Source: a virus
Direction: 5' to 3' (one strand)
DNA: 64,000 bases
Virus record (IMG/VR): IMGVR_UViG_3300023174_000063
This document shows, in pieces, positions 9,596 to 20,667 of the stretch (within the stretch, counting starts at the first letter, position 1; each line of letters begins with the position of its first letter). Both the position numbers and the translations under genes were made by a program. The notes under the pieces are model-generated. The model saw only the letters and a program-made list of their open reading frames with translations, was not told the origin of the DNA and made no database searches.

Positions 9596-10918
9596 ATGTC
9601 AACCAGGTACACACAATTTCCAGGTTCGATTAAGAGAGAAGCAACTGGATATGAAGGCACCAACGTGTCTGATGATTTTGTTTTGCCTTCATGTACGCTA
9701 GAAGACGCTGATCGCTCTGTTTTTAATTTATTTAATGAGCAGCTGCCTTTGCAATTTTATCAAAATGATGAGCTTAAAAGGATCCCGGTAATTTTTGCTA
9801 CGGGTGAAAGATTTGCAGTTCTTAATAGAAAAGAGCCCCTTAGAGACAGAAATAAAACTCTAATACTCCCTCTCATCTCAATTATGAGAACTAGCATTAA
9901 TCAGAACCCTGATAATCAACATGGCCCAGGCCAGATGCATCCTTCCAAATTAAAAATTAAAATTTCGCCTGAAAGTGACACATATCAGCGACTTGTTAAC
10001 AAGTTGGGCCTTTCAAATCAAGATAATTTGGCAAGTGAATCTCATTTATCTGACGGGGGGGTGTTGCCCGGGACCGTCGCCACCAGGAGAGAAAGAAGCA
10101 CACAGGCGCAGTCAACAATTGAAGGAAAGCTTCTTACGCCAAGCCTAGAAGACAATATCTACGAAATTATTACGATGCCTCCTGTCAAGTTTTATCAAGC
10201 GACTTATAACGTAACTATTTGGGCGCAATTTACCAAGCAGATGAACGAGATTTTGTCTGCAATCATGAGCTCTTATCAAAATAATTACGGCAGAACGTTT
10301 AGGCTCGAGACCAGCAAAGGATATTGGTTTGTAGGTTATGTCGCTAGCGATTTTTCAGCAGGTGAAAACTATGATGATTTTACTGATTCTGAAAGACTAA
10401 TTAAGCAATCATTTGACATTAAGGTTAATGCGTATCTTGTGATGCCTGAGTTTCCTGGAAGTCCTAATGGGCTTCGTAGAAGTATTTCTGCTCCCACAAT
10501 TGAGTTTACAGTTACTAGCATTAATGCAGAGATATCTCAAAATATGAATGCTAACGTGCCTAGTCATTCTAAAGAAGCTTTCATTTTAGACGATATTTCT
10601 AATGTGGGAGATGGACTTCCCGGTCAGGCAATTGCTGTCAATGAAGTTAATTCTGGGTTGGCAAGAATTGGTGAAAATGTTGATCAAAGCAGCGTTATCG
10701 ATGACAGTAATCTCCAGGGGCCCAGTGTTGTTGGTGAATTTGCAGCGGGCAAAGATGACTTAATTCTCTATAGATACGATGTTAATCCTTTTACAGGAAA
10801 AAGAAAGAAGATTCCTGTTAGAGCAAGAAAGATGAGACCTGTTGCCGGCGGATCAGAGAGTCGTCAGGGAGAGACAATTTATCGTGAAGAATGGATAGTT
10901 GATATTGGAGATATTTAA
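9596..10918 (+). CDS. Tail terminator/sheath stabiliser (T4 gp15-like)
   Basis: IPVIFATGERF, LPLISI.R, YNVTIWAQFTKQMNEI; lies directly before the sheath genes. Confidence 0.65.
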   Translation: MSTRYTQFPGSIKREATGYEGTNVSDDFVLPSCTLEDADRSVFNLFNEQLPLQFYQNDELKRIPVIFATGERFAVLNRKEPLRDRNKTLILPLISIMRTSINQNPDNQHGPGQMHPSKLKIKISPESDTYQRLVNKLGLSNQDNLASESHLSDGGVLPGTVATRRERSTQAQSTIEGKLLTPSLEDNIYEIITMPPVKFYQATYNVTIWAQFTKQMNEILSAIMSSYQNNYGRTFRLETSKGYWFVGYVASDFSAGENYDDFTDSERLIKQSFDIKVNAYLVMPEFPGSPNGLRRSISAPTIEFTVTSINAEISQNMNANVPSHSKEAFILDDISNVGDGLPGQAIAVNEVNSGLARIGENVDQSSVIDDSNLQGPSVVGEFAAGKDDLILYRYDVNPFTGKRKKIPVRARKMRPVAGGSESRQGETIYREEWIVDIGDI

Positions 10919-11022
10919 CTTCAAAGTTTTTTACATTTGCAATAAATGAAAATTTTCAATTTTACACGATACTTATCTTAGTAAATCTACACATAACATT
11001 TTGAGTCCAAGGAGATATATCA

Positions 11023-14000
11023 ATGGCTGAGCAAACTTTCAGATCACCTGGATTTTTTGAACAGGAAATTGATCTTTCAGCTAGAAGTGCAACTGCATCA
11101 GGTACACCTGGCGGCATTATTGGCACTGCAGAGAAAGGTCCTGCATTTGTACCCGTAACAGTTGGAAATCTAACTGATTTTGAAAATAGATTTGGATTTC
11201 TCAGCATTGACAGATTTGGTCCATATGCGGTTAGAGAATTTCTCAAGAGCAAAAATGCGCTAACATACGTAAGAGTCTTGGGTGCAGGAACAAATGAAAC
11301 TGCAGCGGAACGCTTCCAGACACAAGTAGCAGGTGTTTCAAAAAATGCCGGCTTTAAAGTTGTAGGCCTTGACAGTGAGGTTCCTGCAGGACACGTTCAA
11401 TTCATCATTGCAAAGCACAATGTCAATACATACGAGTCAGCCGGCTTCCCGATCTTTACAGATAATTTGTCTTACGACCTTACTGACAACACTGTTAATC
11501 TTGTGAGAGGTGTTCTCTTTACAACGACAGGATCTCAGTTTGATATAATGCATCACAATGAGACAGTTGCAGAGTTTCTCGGTAGTCCACATGCCTTTGG
11601 AACACTAGACGCAAATTCTAATTTTAGACTCATTCTGTCTTCAGCAGCCGGCACTGCATTTTCGAATGACGAAGGTTCTGCTGGAATTAAGGTTTTTACT
11701 GCTTCGCTTGATCCTAGCAGCATGTCTTATATTGGAAGAGTTCTAAATACAAATCCAGATCGCTTCCAAGAAGAGCAGCATTTGCTCTATCTAGACTTGC
11801 CTATTGAGACTGAGCTGGCAAAGGTCGAAAATATTGTGGCAGGGCTATCGACGTTTGGTCCCGTTGGAATTGTGTTGGGAACAGAAAGCACTACAGACTC
11901 TGGCTATTTTACAGACTCGACTTTTAAAGAGTTATTTGGGCGTTATGATTCAAGATTTACCACACCCAAGACACCCTCGTTTATTTCGCAGCCATATGGA
12001 ACAACTGAGTACGATCTCTTTAGTTTCGAAACTATTAGCGATGGCGCCTGGGGAAATTCTCGATACAAGATTTCTATTGCGAACATTAGAAAATCAAATG
12101 ACCCACTAAATCCGTATGGAACATTTGATGTTCAGCTCAGAAACTTTAACGATTCTGATCTTTCACCCGAAATTTTAGAGTACTACCCTGAATGTGACTT
12201 AAATCCTTCGAGTGAAAATTATATCGCTAGAAAGATTGGAGACAAGAAGGTTTTCTATAACTTCGACGCAACTGATGATTCTGAAAGACGTCTTATTGTA
12301 ACAGGAAAATATGAAAATATTTCTCCTAGAATTCGAATTCTAGTTAGCGACAACGTCGAAATGAGAAAAATCCCTAATGATGCATTGCCCTTTGGCTTTA
12401 GAGGCATTCCTGTCATCAAAACTAACAATCAGCTAACAGATCACGGTGATCTTATTGCTGATAGAAATGGCAGACAATTAGGCACTGAAGGCAATAGAGT
12501 TGTTGGAGCTTATGGGACAGGTGATGGAGAGGATCTTCTTGCGACTATTGAGACAGGTGCAATAGTTCCTCCGCTACCCTTTAGATTTAAATGCACTAGG
12601 GGTGCTGTTAATACAAGCCCATCGTACACAGGACATGTTGGCAAAAATGAAAGAGCAGACTCTAGATTCTACTGGGGTGTCAAGTTTGAAAAGCTGCCAT
12701 CAACAGGTAGCACAGACAATGCCATTCTTAATGCAAATATTAGCTCTGAGATTAATCCTCTAGTTGCTGCATATAGTAAGTTTCAGGGTATTGATAAAAT
12801 TGATACGCTAGTTACAGGATCTGCCAGAGATTATTTCAATGACAATAAGTTTACTCTTGCAAGAGTTGCTCTTCGCAATGGAATGATGTCGGGTCATATC
12901 ACAGATGTAACAGGCACTGCTAGAGATCACATGCTTGAAGCTGCATATATTAGACATGCAAATCCTAGATCAACAGACTACACAATCACAGAGAATATTG
13001 GTGGTATCGATGTAGATAGAATTACTCTTGCGACTCTTGTTCATAGCACATCAACAGTCTTTAATCGCTTCCAAGAGTTTAGCAAGTTTACAACTTTGTT
13101 CTACGGCGGTTTTGACGGTCTTAATATTCTAGACAAAGACATTCGCTTAATGTCAGATAGAGCTTCATCTGCAGACGCAGGTGGAAAAGCAGGAGTTTCG
13201 ATTGAAGGCGGCTTGGGCCTCTCAGGATCAGATGATGGATCACTTTCAGGCATTGGAACCAAGAACAACATTGTTAGCTCATATCGCGCAGCAGTCGACA
13301 TCATTACAGACCCGATGTCATCTAACATCAATATTCTCGCCATTCCTGGAATGAGAGATTCATTTATCACAGATTATGCAGCAGAAAAGGTCAAGGACTT
13401 TGGACTTGCAATTTATCTGATGGATATTCCAAACTATGATGTCGATGGCAACCGTCTATTTGATGACTCCTCATCAAGAGTTGATCCTCGAGAAACTTCA
13501 GAAGTTTTTGAGTCACGCGTTATTGACAACAACTATGTTGCAACGTACTTCCCAGATGTATACATGATTGAGCCGGCTAATTTGAGCAGCGTTAAAGTTC
13601 CTCCCTCTGTTTCTGCAATGGGTGCACTTGCATACAACGATAGAATTTCTTATCCCTGGTTTGCACCAGCCGGATTCAATAGAGGAGCGCTCGACACAGT
13701 TACAAACGTTGACGTTCGACTCAATACTTCAGATAGAGATGTACTTTACGATGCAAGAATTAATCCTATTGCATCATTCCCGGCAGGTGGCTTTGTAATT
13801 TTTGGTCAAAAGACGCTGCAGATGGCAAAGTCAGCCCTTGATCGTGTCAATGTTAGAAGACTTCTTATCGAAGTCAAGAGAATTGTTGCATCTCAAGCTG
13901 GCAGACTCCTATTTGAGCAAAATAATGCTGCCACAAGAAATCGATTTGTCTCGCAGGTTACACCGCTTCTAGCACTCGTTCAGGCTCAGGCCGGAATTGA

Positions 14001-14154
14001 GCAGTTTAGAGTAATTTGTGACACTACGAATAATTCGCAGTCTGATGTTGATGAGAATAGGATGAACGGAAAGATCATAATCGTTCCAACTAGAGCAATT
14101 GAGTACATCTCGATCGATTTCGTAATAACAAATAGCGGCGTTATCTTCGAATAA
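11023..14154 (+). CDS. gp18: Tail sheath protein 1
   Basis: SPGFFEQEIDLS, GTAEKGPAFVP, PWFAPAGFNRG, FGQKTLQ...ALDRVNVRRLL, PTRAIEYISIDF. Confidence 0.95.
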   Translation: MAEQTFRSPGFFEQEIDLSARSATASGTPGGIIGTAEKGPAFVPVTVGNLTDFENRFGFLSIDRFGPYAVREFLKSKNALTYVRVLGAGTNETAAERFQTQVAGVSKNAGFKVVGLDSEVPAGHVQFIIAKHNVNTYESAGFPIFTDNLSYDLTDNTVNLVRGVLFTTTGSQFDIMHHNETVAEFLGSPHAFGTLDANSNFRLILSSAAGTAFSNDEGSAGIKVFTASLDPSSMSYIGRVLNTNPDRFQEEQHLLYLDLPIETELAKVENIVAGLSTFGPVGIVLGTESTTDSGYFTDSTFKELFGRYDSRFTTPKTPSFISQPYGTTEYDLFSFETISDGAWGNSRYKISIANIRKSNDPLNPYGTFDVQLRNFNDSDLSPEILEYYPECDLNPSSENYIARKIGDKKVFYNFDATDDSERRLIVTGKYENISPRIRILVSDNVEMRKIPNDALPFGFRGIPVIKTNNQLTDHGDLIADRNGRQLGTEGNRVVGAYGTGDGEDLLATIETGAIVPPLPFRFKCTRGAVNTSPSYTGHVGKNERADSRFYWGVKFEKLPSTGSTDNAILNANISSEINPLVAAYSKFQGIDKIDTLVTGSARDYFNDNKFTLARVALRNGMMSGHITDVTGTARDHMLEAAYIRHANPRSTDYTITENIGGIDVDRITLATLVHSTSTVFNRFQEFSKFTTLFYGGFDGLNILDKDIRLMSDRASSADAGGKAGVSIEGGLGLSGSDDGSLSGIGTKNNIVSSYRAAVDIITDPMSSNINILAIPGMRDSFITDYAAEKVKDFGLAIYLMDIPNYDVDGNRLFDDSSSRVDPRETSEVFESRVIDNNYVATYFPDVYMIEPANLSSVKVPPSVSAMGALAYNDRISYPWFAPAGFNRGALDTVTNVDVRLNTSDRDVLYDARINPIASFPAGGFVIFGQKTLQMAKSALDRVNVRRLLIEVKRIVASQAGRLLFEQNNAATRNRFVSQVTPLLALVQAQAGIEQFRVICDTTNNSQSDVDENRMNGKIIIVPTRAIEYISIDFVITNSGVIFE

Positions 14155-14208
14155 GACATATGTATTACTTGAATAAACTTAAGATTAATGTGACAGGAGT
14201 GTAAGACG

Positions 14209-17200
14209 ATGGCATCACCATTTAAGAGCCCGGGCGTTTCTACAAGAGAAATTGATGTCTCTGGACCAACTTCTATTTCGCCGCAAGGAATTCCTGCAGG
14301 TGTTATCGGAACTTCACAAAAGGGACGCGCATTTGTTCCAATCACATTTGCGACCTATAGAGACTTTATTGCAGAGTTCGGAAGCTCTGATGGCGAGAAG
14401 TTTGGTCCACTTGCCGTCAATGAGTGGATGAGAAATTCTCGCGCTGGAACATATGTTAGAGTTCTAGGCATTGGTGATGGTAAGCGCCGCACAGACGATG
14501 GTGTCAATGCTGGTCGCATTAATAACGCAGGATTTGTTGTTGGATCAAGCCAAGTTCAATCTAGCGGCTTTGTAGGTGGAAATCCATTTGCAAATTCTGA
14601 TGTCATTACGGCGGTTGTCACTCAGGCCGGAGGAATCGGTGTCGCTCTTCAAGAGAGCCTAACATTCCTAGGTGTTCCTGCTGCAGGGACTAGTCTTTCG
14701 CTTACAGGCAGTGATGGTGAATTTACTGTTGTCACATTTGTTAACGATTCAACTCCAGGCGTTAATGAAATTGATGTCGGTGCGTTGGGAAATGCTGATG
14801 AAGCTGCGGCTGCACTTCAAGCAGTTATAGACAGTATAGACACATTTTCGGCTGTTGTTGATGGGTCTGTCGTTACAGTTACCAGTGATGCTGGACTAAG
14901 TGCAGCATCTATCACTGTTTCTGAGCCGGCACCTGCTCCGGGTAGAACTCACTTCCTTGCGACATTCATGAGAGAGACGTCTGCTGGCAGTGCAAATATA
15001 TTGAATGATGCTCTCGGTGAGGGAACTATCACTAGCGACCAAGGTTTTCCAATTTTAAGAGGAATTATTTTTGCAGCTTCAGGTGTTAATCTTTCTCTCT
15101 CTACAGACGTGGTAGATAATAACACACCAGATCCTTCACTTAGAGCATTTTTTGATTTTGGTGTCGCAAGAGACGCAGGTGCTTCGCACGGTACCGTTAC
15201 AACAGCAGACGGCAAGCAGACATTTGTAATGATTCTTAACGGCCACAAGCCTAGTGATTTACACAACAATGTAATTACTGCTTCATTTGATCCAACGGCT
15301 GCCGATTATTTTGCCAATGTCTTCAATACCGACCCACACAAGATCGAAGAGGCAGGTCATTTACTTTACGCACACTATGACGTCTACCCTTCAATTGCAG
15401 TTCCTGGTGCAGCTTATGGAAGTGGCGAGAATTCTGCAACTTTAACTGTTAATGATGAAGCCGTCAATAACATTGATCTCGTTGCAAATCTTACATTCGA
15501 TAGAGTTCCTTCGGCTGGAACTACTGTCACTCTTACAGATAATGAAGACACAAATACTGTTATCACGTTTGTTGCCGGTGCAGCAGGTCCAAATGAAATC
15601 AGTATTGTTGGATTGGCAGATAATGTTGAAGCTGCAGCAGCACTTCAAGAAGTCATAAATGGTATTGCAACATTTACCGCTGCGGCCGAAGAGGAGAGTC
15701 CTGTCGTTACAGTCACCGGTGCCTCGGCAACTGGTGGTACTCTTCCGGCAATTGAATTAGACGGTGTTAATATTGTTTCACTTGTCATCACCAATGCTGC
15801 AGAACCCGGTGAAGATCTTGAAGTTAACATAACATTTAGTGATATTCCCACGGCAGGCACTTTCTTTGACTTCACTAACGGCGATGGTGAAGAAGTTAGA
15901 ATTACATTTGTTGCAGCTGCACCAGCAGGAAATCAAATCAGTATTGCTGGATTGGCAGATGCTGCAGCAGCTGCTTCTGCTTTAGCAAATAAGATCAATG
16001 ATGTACTGGGCGGTTTTTTTACTGCTTCAACGGATCTGTTAACACCTACTGTTGTTAACGTTATAGGAGACAATACTCCCGCTGGAGCATCTGCACCAAC
16101 AATTAGTTATAGTGAAACCGGTTCTATTTCAATAGAAATAGATACTGTACCGATCGCCGGCGTTAATTTATCAGTTGAAATTGATTTTTCGGCTGTTCCC
16201 TATCCCGGGGATTCATTTACATTTACACCCAGGGACGGAGGAGAACCTGTAACAATAACTTTTGTCGATGATGCAGCCCCAGCAGCTAATGAAATTAATG
16301 TCGGTGATTTAGAAGATGCAAATGATGCTGCAATTGCCTTAGAAAACAAGATCAACTTAATAGCACTCGGCTTGGATGATTTTTTCTCTGCAATTAGCGT
16401 TGGCACTACCGTTACAGTTACAGGCTTTGTAGGCACTGGTGAAATCTCCTTGCCGCTGGCTGTTTTTTCTCCTTTAGTAAATGATGCCGCGCTTCTTTTA
16501 CACGGAGCTTCTAGCTGGAACGTTCCAGACGGCTTAAAGCCAAACTATGAGAATTTTGAAGAAAGATTCCAGACAGCAAAATCACCCTGGTTTATTTCAC
16601 AGAAGTTTGGTGGCAAAAACAAGAAGCTCTTTAGAGTTCATTCGATCGACGACGGTGCTGCAGGAAACAGTGAATTTAAAATTACGATTGAAAACATTGC
16701 AGCTAGCAACAATGTCAATTATAAGTACGGCACTTTTGATCTCTTGGTTAGAAGCATTAATGACACAGATATTGAACCCATCGTTCTTGAGTCATTTAGA
16801 GGTCTAACATTAGATCCATCTTCTGCAAGATATGTAGCTAGAGTCATTGGTGATCGACATGTCTTCTACGATCTAGATCAGCTAACCGGTAGACAAAAGC
16901 TAAGAATTGAAGGTTCTTACCCAAATTCTTCTAGATATATTCGCATAGAGGTTGAGCCGCAAGTTTCAAGGCAAAATGTTAATTCTGAAAGTTTGCCTGT
17001 GGGATTTGAGGGTTTTGCACACACAAATACATCAGGAAGAATTGCCGCTGATGATGATTCACTCTTGACAGGGTATGTGGCAGGTGCATCAGGTCTTGGT
17101 GTTGCTGATTTTGCAAAGGTAAAAGAGCCACCTGTTCCAATGAGAACTTCACTAACCCAGGGAGTTGAGCTAGCAAAGAAACTTAACAGCAAGCTTACGT

Positions 17201-18615
17201 GGGGCGTACAATTTGAAGTTCAAAGCAATCCACTCAATCTAAACTCGAACGCTGTAATCAATAAGTCGATATCGAGCTTTGCAAAGTTTTTCCCAAGCTT
17301 CCAGACAGGGCTTAATTTCTTGTCAGACAATACTTCGGGATTGCCTAATCTAGGCGATGGAATTGTTGTGGATGTTGACACCTTCAATAGAAATAAGTTC
17401 ACACTTGAGAATGTTCAAGTTGTTACAGGCGTCAATAATACTCCCGCTTCTACTCTCTGGAGCGCTGCTGTCTATAGACGTGACGGAGTTTTGGCCTCGT
17501 CACTCACAGCTTCTGACGGTCGCACATTTGAGGTAGAATCGACAAGATTCTTGGACCCAACAAACGATCTTAAAGATCAGACAACTCGTCAATTCGTTAA
17601 ATACACCTGCTTTGTACAGGGTGGATTTGATGGCTTCAATATTTTTGATAGCAATAAGTCCAAGATGACAGACGTTGCCATTAGAAGAGAGTTTGAGGAC
17701 GAAGACAATCAAGGAGGCATCTTTGGATCAACAATTGCTGCTTATAGAAAGGCAATTGATGTTCTGGGTGAGAAGACTGATGTCGATATTCAGCTCCTTG
17801 CAATTCCTGGCATTAGACACCCATCTGTGACAGACTACGCAATCGACGCCGTCGAGAGCCGATTCGATGCAATGTTTATTATGGATGTCGAGGAGAAAGA
17901 TCAAGAAAACGTATTTATTACAGGTTCAGTAAATCAGCTAGCTTCTGTTGCTAACACTGTTAATAATTTCAAGTCGAGAAACCTTGACACATCTTTCGCC
18001 GCGGCTTACTACCCAGACGTAATTGTCATCGATCCTGCAACAAGAACAAATGTTCAAGTTCCTCCATCGGTTGCAGTTCTTGGCGCATTCGCTCTGAATG
18101 ATGCGATTGCTTATCCATGGTTTGCACCTGCAGGTTTCACAAGAGGTGCATTGGCTAGCGTCCTAGAGACACAGGTAAAACTTAGTCGTCCAAACCTAGA
18201 CGCCCTCTACGATGCAGATATCAACCCAATCACTAGCTTCGCAGATTCACAGGGCGTGGTAGTTTTCGGTCAAAAGACACTGCAGACTGCACAAACTGCT
18301 CTCGATAGAGTCAACGTTAGAAGACTTCTTATTGAGATTAGACGACGTGTTAGAAGAATCGCAAATACATTTATTTTTGAGCCAAATAGAGCAGAGACAC
18401 TTGCAAGATTCTCGAGTCTTGTCACGCCAGTTCTTCAGCAAATTCAGGCTCAGAATGGTGTTGATCGTTTCAAAGTTCAAATTGACACAACAACTACAAC
18501 GCAAGCAGACGTCGAGAACAACACATTACGTGGAAAGATTTACGTCCAGCCAACCAAGACTGTTGAGTTCATCTCACTTGACTTCGTTGTAACAAACCAG
18601 GGCGCTCAGATCTAA
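14209..18615 (+). CDS. gp18: Tail sheath protein 2 with four inserted repeat domains
   Basis: SPGVSTREIDVS, KGRAFVP, PWFAPAGFTRG, FGQKTLQ...ALDRVNVRRLL, PTKTVEFISLDF. Confidence 0.93.
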   Translation: MASPFKSPGVSTREIDVSGPTSISPQGIPAGVIGTSQKGRAFVPITFATYRDFIAEFGSSDGEKFGPLAVNEWMRNSRAGTYVRVLGIGDGKRRTDDGVNAGRINNAGFVVGSSQVQSSGFVGGNPFANSDVITAVVTQAGGIGVALQESLTFLGVPAAGTSLSLTGSDGEFTVVTFVNDSTPGVNEIDVGALGNADEAAAALQAVIDSIDTFSAVVDGSVVTVTSDAGLSAASITVSEPAPAPGRTHFLATFMRETSAGSANILNDALGEGTITSDQGFPILRGIIFAASGVNLSLSTDVVDNNTPDPSLRAFFDFGVARDAGASHGTVTTADGKQTFVMILNGHKPSDLHNNVITASFDPTAADYFANVFNTDPHKIEEAGHLLYAHYDVYPSIAVPGAAYGSGENSATLTVNDEAVNNIDLVANLTFDRVPSAGTTVTLTDNEDTNTVITFVAGAAGPNEISIVGLADNVEAAAALQEVINGIATFTAAAEEESPVVTVTGASATGGTLPAIELDGVNIVSLVITNAAEPGEDLEVNITFSDIPTAGTFFDFTNGDGEEVRITFVAAAPAGNQISIAGLADAAAAASALANKINDVLGGFFTASTDLLTPTVVNVIGDNTPAGASAPTISYSETGSISIEIDTVPIAGVNLSVEIDFSAVPYPGDSFTFTPRDGGEPVTITFVDDAAPAANEINVGDLEDANDAAIALENKINLIALGLDDFFSAISVGTTVTVTGFVGTGEISLPLAVFSPLVNDAALLLHGASSWNVPDGLKPNYENFEERFQTAKSPWFISQKFGGKNKKLFRVHSIDDGAAGNSEFKITIENIAASNNVNYKYGTFDLLVRSINDTDIEPIVLESFRGLTLDPSSARYVARVIGDRHVFYDLDQLTGRQKLRIEGSYPNSSRYIRIEVEPQVSRQNVNSESLPVGFEGFAHTNTSGRIAADDDSLLTGYVAGASGLGVADFAKVKEPPVPMRTSLTQGVELAKKLNSKLTWGVQFEVQSNPLNLNSNAVINKSISSFAKFFPSFQTGLNFLSDNTSGLPNLGDGIVVDVDTFNRNKFTLENVQVVTGVNNTPASTLWSAAVYRRDGVLASSLTASDGRTFEVESTRFLDPTNDLKDQTTRQFVKYTCFVQGGFDGFNIFDSNKSKMTDVAIRREFEDEDNQGGIFGSTIAAYRKAIDVLGEKTDVDIQLLAIPGIRHPSVTDYAIDAVESRFDAMFIMDVEEKDQENVFITGSVNQLASVANTVNNFKSRNLDTSFAAAYYPDVIVIDPATRTNVQVPPSVAVLGAFALNDAIAYPWFAPAGFTRGALASVLETQVKLSRPNLDALYDADINPITSFADSQGVVVFGQKTLQTAQTALDRVNVRRLLIEIRRRVRRIANTFIFEPNRAETLARFSSLVTPVLQQIQAQNGVDRFKVQIDTTTTTQADVENNTLRGKIYVQPTKTVEFISLDFVVTNQGAQI
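14659..16425 (+). repeat. Four diverged ~80-100 aa acidic repeat domains in sheath 2 (one at ~14660-14890, three tandem at ~15480-16425)
   Basis: Shared pattern [L/I]TF..VP..G......T..DG....ITFV......NEI....L.D...AA.AL...IN....F.A......VTVTG. Confidence 0.85.
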
Positions 18616-18636
18616 TAAGTACTTAAGGTCGTGATG

Positions 18637-19998
18637 TTATCGTTCGGGGGCTATCAAGCCCCCGAATTTGTATTCGTACAAACTGATGTCGCAGCTCCAG
18701 ATTTTGACAAAAGACTCTTCTTGTATTTTGCAAAGAGAATTTGACAGTTTGTGTCTTGGCAGTCTATCATGACCGTCTGTCCACCAGAACCTAGGTTCTA
18801 CTGTTTTCGTCTTTATAAAATCTGCTTTCTCAAACAGCAGGCCCAAACCTAACCTGTCATCTAGTGCGCTATAGATCTTACTGTTATTGAATTTAGCGCA
18901 TGCATTTTGTGTGATATTTCTTAATATATGACTCGAGTCAAAGTCTGATATATTGCAAAATCTTATTAGTTCTATGGCGTCTTTATAGACTGAATGTTTT
19001 GGTTTTCTAAATGCGGCGACTGCAATAATCTTTTCGCCCATAAAAGCGCCAATATTGCATAAAGAGCTTACATTTCCCTCTATGTGATAGAGCTCCAAAA
19101 AGCTAGATTTTGTTTCATTGCTAATGAATTTATAGTTGATCAATGAATCTATAAACTTAACCTCTTTATACAAAGTCATTGCAATATGATATTGACATGC
19201 TTTCTGTCTGTCTCGCCACTCATCTTCAAATATGTGAACGAGATTAATACCTAGCTTTTGTGTTTCTTTTGTCTTGTTTGCGTGATAAAGACGATTTTTA
19301 AAAATCTCCGAGTGGAAATAGAGTGTGTTGTACTCTAGTGCAGTAGAGTAAGAAGGCATATACACATCAATATTGTCAGGTGGAATTATACTGTCACAGG
19401 ATATCATTGTGTCAGGGTCTAGACCTCTAACGAATCTATAGATTTCTATGTGATTTCTAGAGCCTGCAGGATCGCATGAAATGCAGCTATTATTCAATGC
19501 ATATATGATATTCTTTTTTTGTATATTTCCGCAAACTTTACACTTAAGTTCAAAAAGCAATTGATTATTTGCAGTCTGTATATTGTCAATGAGCTCAAAA
19601 CTAGAGGCATGAAGGGCTAATTTCTGCTTAGCTCTCTCTAGATCTATTTTTTGATCTAGATCTTTTCTCTTATTTCTTAGAGAAGAATTAATTTGCGCGC
19701 TTAAACTACTGTTTTTTCTTAAAGACTTATTTGTATGACTATTGTCAATAGAACTCTCTGTTTGTTCATCTGTATTTTTAAATTTATTGTGACCCTTTAT
19801 GAATTTACGGAAACCTTTTTGCCATGAAATAAATTGAGTTTTTTTCTTACAATTTCCACACTTGCACACAGGATGTGCTTTATTTTCAAAAATTTCGACA
19901 TAAGCATCTGATAACTGCTGGAAGCCATGGTCGGACATGTGTGCACGAAAACGACTAGTTTTTCTATTACAGATAGGACACAACATGTTTAGCCTCAA
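18637..19998 (-). mobile_element. Free-standing homing-type endonuclease (Hef-like): Zn fingers + PD-(D/E)XK/Vsr-like domain + C-terminal domain
   Basis: CPIC..H...H, CKCGNC, CKVC/CISC; IDVYMP...ALEYNTLYFHSE...LVHIFEDEW. Only long minus-strand gene, AT-rich, inserted between sheath and tube. Confidence 0.7.
18643..18669 (+). terminator. Hairpin/terminator after sheath 2, overlapping the 3' end of the antisense endonuclease gene
   Basis: Perfect 10-bp stem TTCGGGGGCT-atca-AGCCCCCGAA followed by TTT. Confidence 0.6.
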
Positions 19999-20102
19999 TT
20001 CTATTTTTATCCGTCACATTTTGTTTGTCTTTGATAAATATTAAAAAATATTTTTCATACTTAGATTTATGACATATTTGTCACGTCACATAGGAGATTA
20101 CG

Positions 20103-20591
20103 ATGGCAGAGACACTTTCAGTTTCAGAGATGTTACCTAATAAGTTTGAACCCAAGAGGAAGTTTAGGTGGGTTTTTGCTATTGAAGGTATCGACTCGTT
20201 CCTCATGAAGTCAGCAGCTAGACCACAGTTTACAACACAAGCGACCGAAATTCCGTTTATAAATTCGACTCGCTATCTTGCCGGCAAAACAAAGTTTGGC
20301 ACCATCCAGTGCACACTTTACGATGCAATTGCACCCTCAGGCGCACAGCAAGTCATGGAATGGATTAGAACACACTTTGAGTCAGTTTCAGGAAGATCAG
20401 GCTATGCAGACTTCTACAAGAGAGACTGTCAGCTCAAGTTGCTTGATCCTGTAGGCACAGTTGTAGAACTCTGGGATATCAAGGGCGCATTCATTACAGA
20501 CGCCGCATTTGGTGAGCTAGATTACAACACAGAAGATCCTACAGAAGTTTCAATAACTCTGCAGTTTGATAACTGCGTACTGCAGTACTAA
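20103..20591 (+). CDS. gp19: Tail tube protein
   Basis: FEPKRKFRW, YLAGKTKF, APSGAQQVMEW, GYADFYK, LLDPVGTVVELWDIKGAF..FGELDY, LQFDNC. Confidence 0.92.
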   Translation: MAETLSVSEMLPNKFEPKRKFRWVFAIEGIDSFLMKSAARPQFTTQATEIPFINSTRYLAGKTKFGTIQCTLYDAIAPSGAQQVMEWIRTHFESVSGRSGYADFYKRDCQLKLLDPVGTVVELWDIKGAFITDAAFGELDYNTEDPTEVSITLQFDNCVLQY

Positions 20592-20621
20592 AATTCTAGA
20601 AATATTTTACGTCTAGGTTTA

Positions 20622-20663
20622 GCCTCCGCTATTATTGAATGTATCACTAATAATAGCGGAGGT
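20622..20663 (+). promoter_or_regulatory. Hairpin sequestering the RBS of the tail chaperone gene
   Basis: Perfect 14-bp inverted repeat CCTCCGCTATTATT (20623-20636) / AATAATAGCGGAGG (20649-20662). The right arm contains GGAGG, 5 nt before GTG 20668. Confidence 0.75.
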
Positions 20664-20667
20664 AGAT

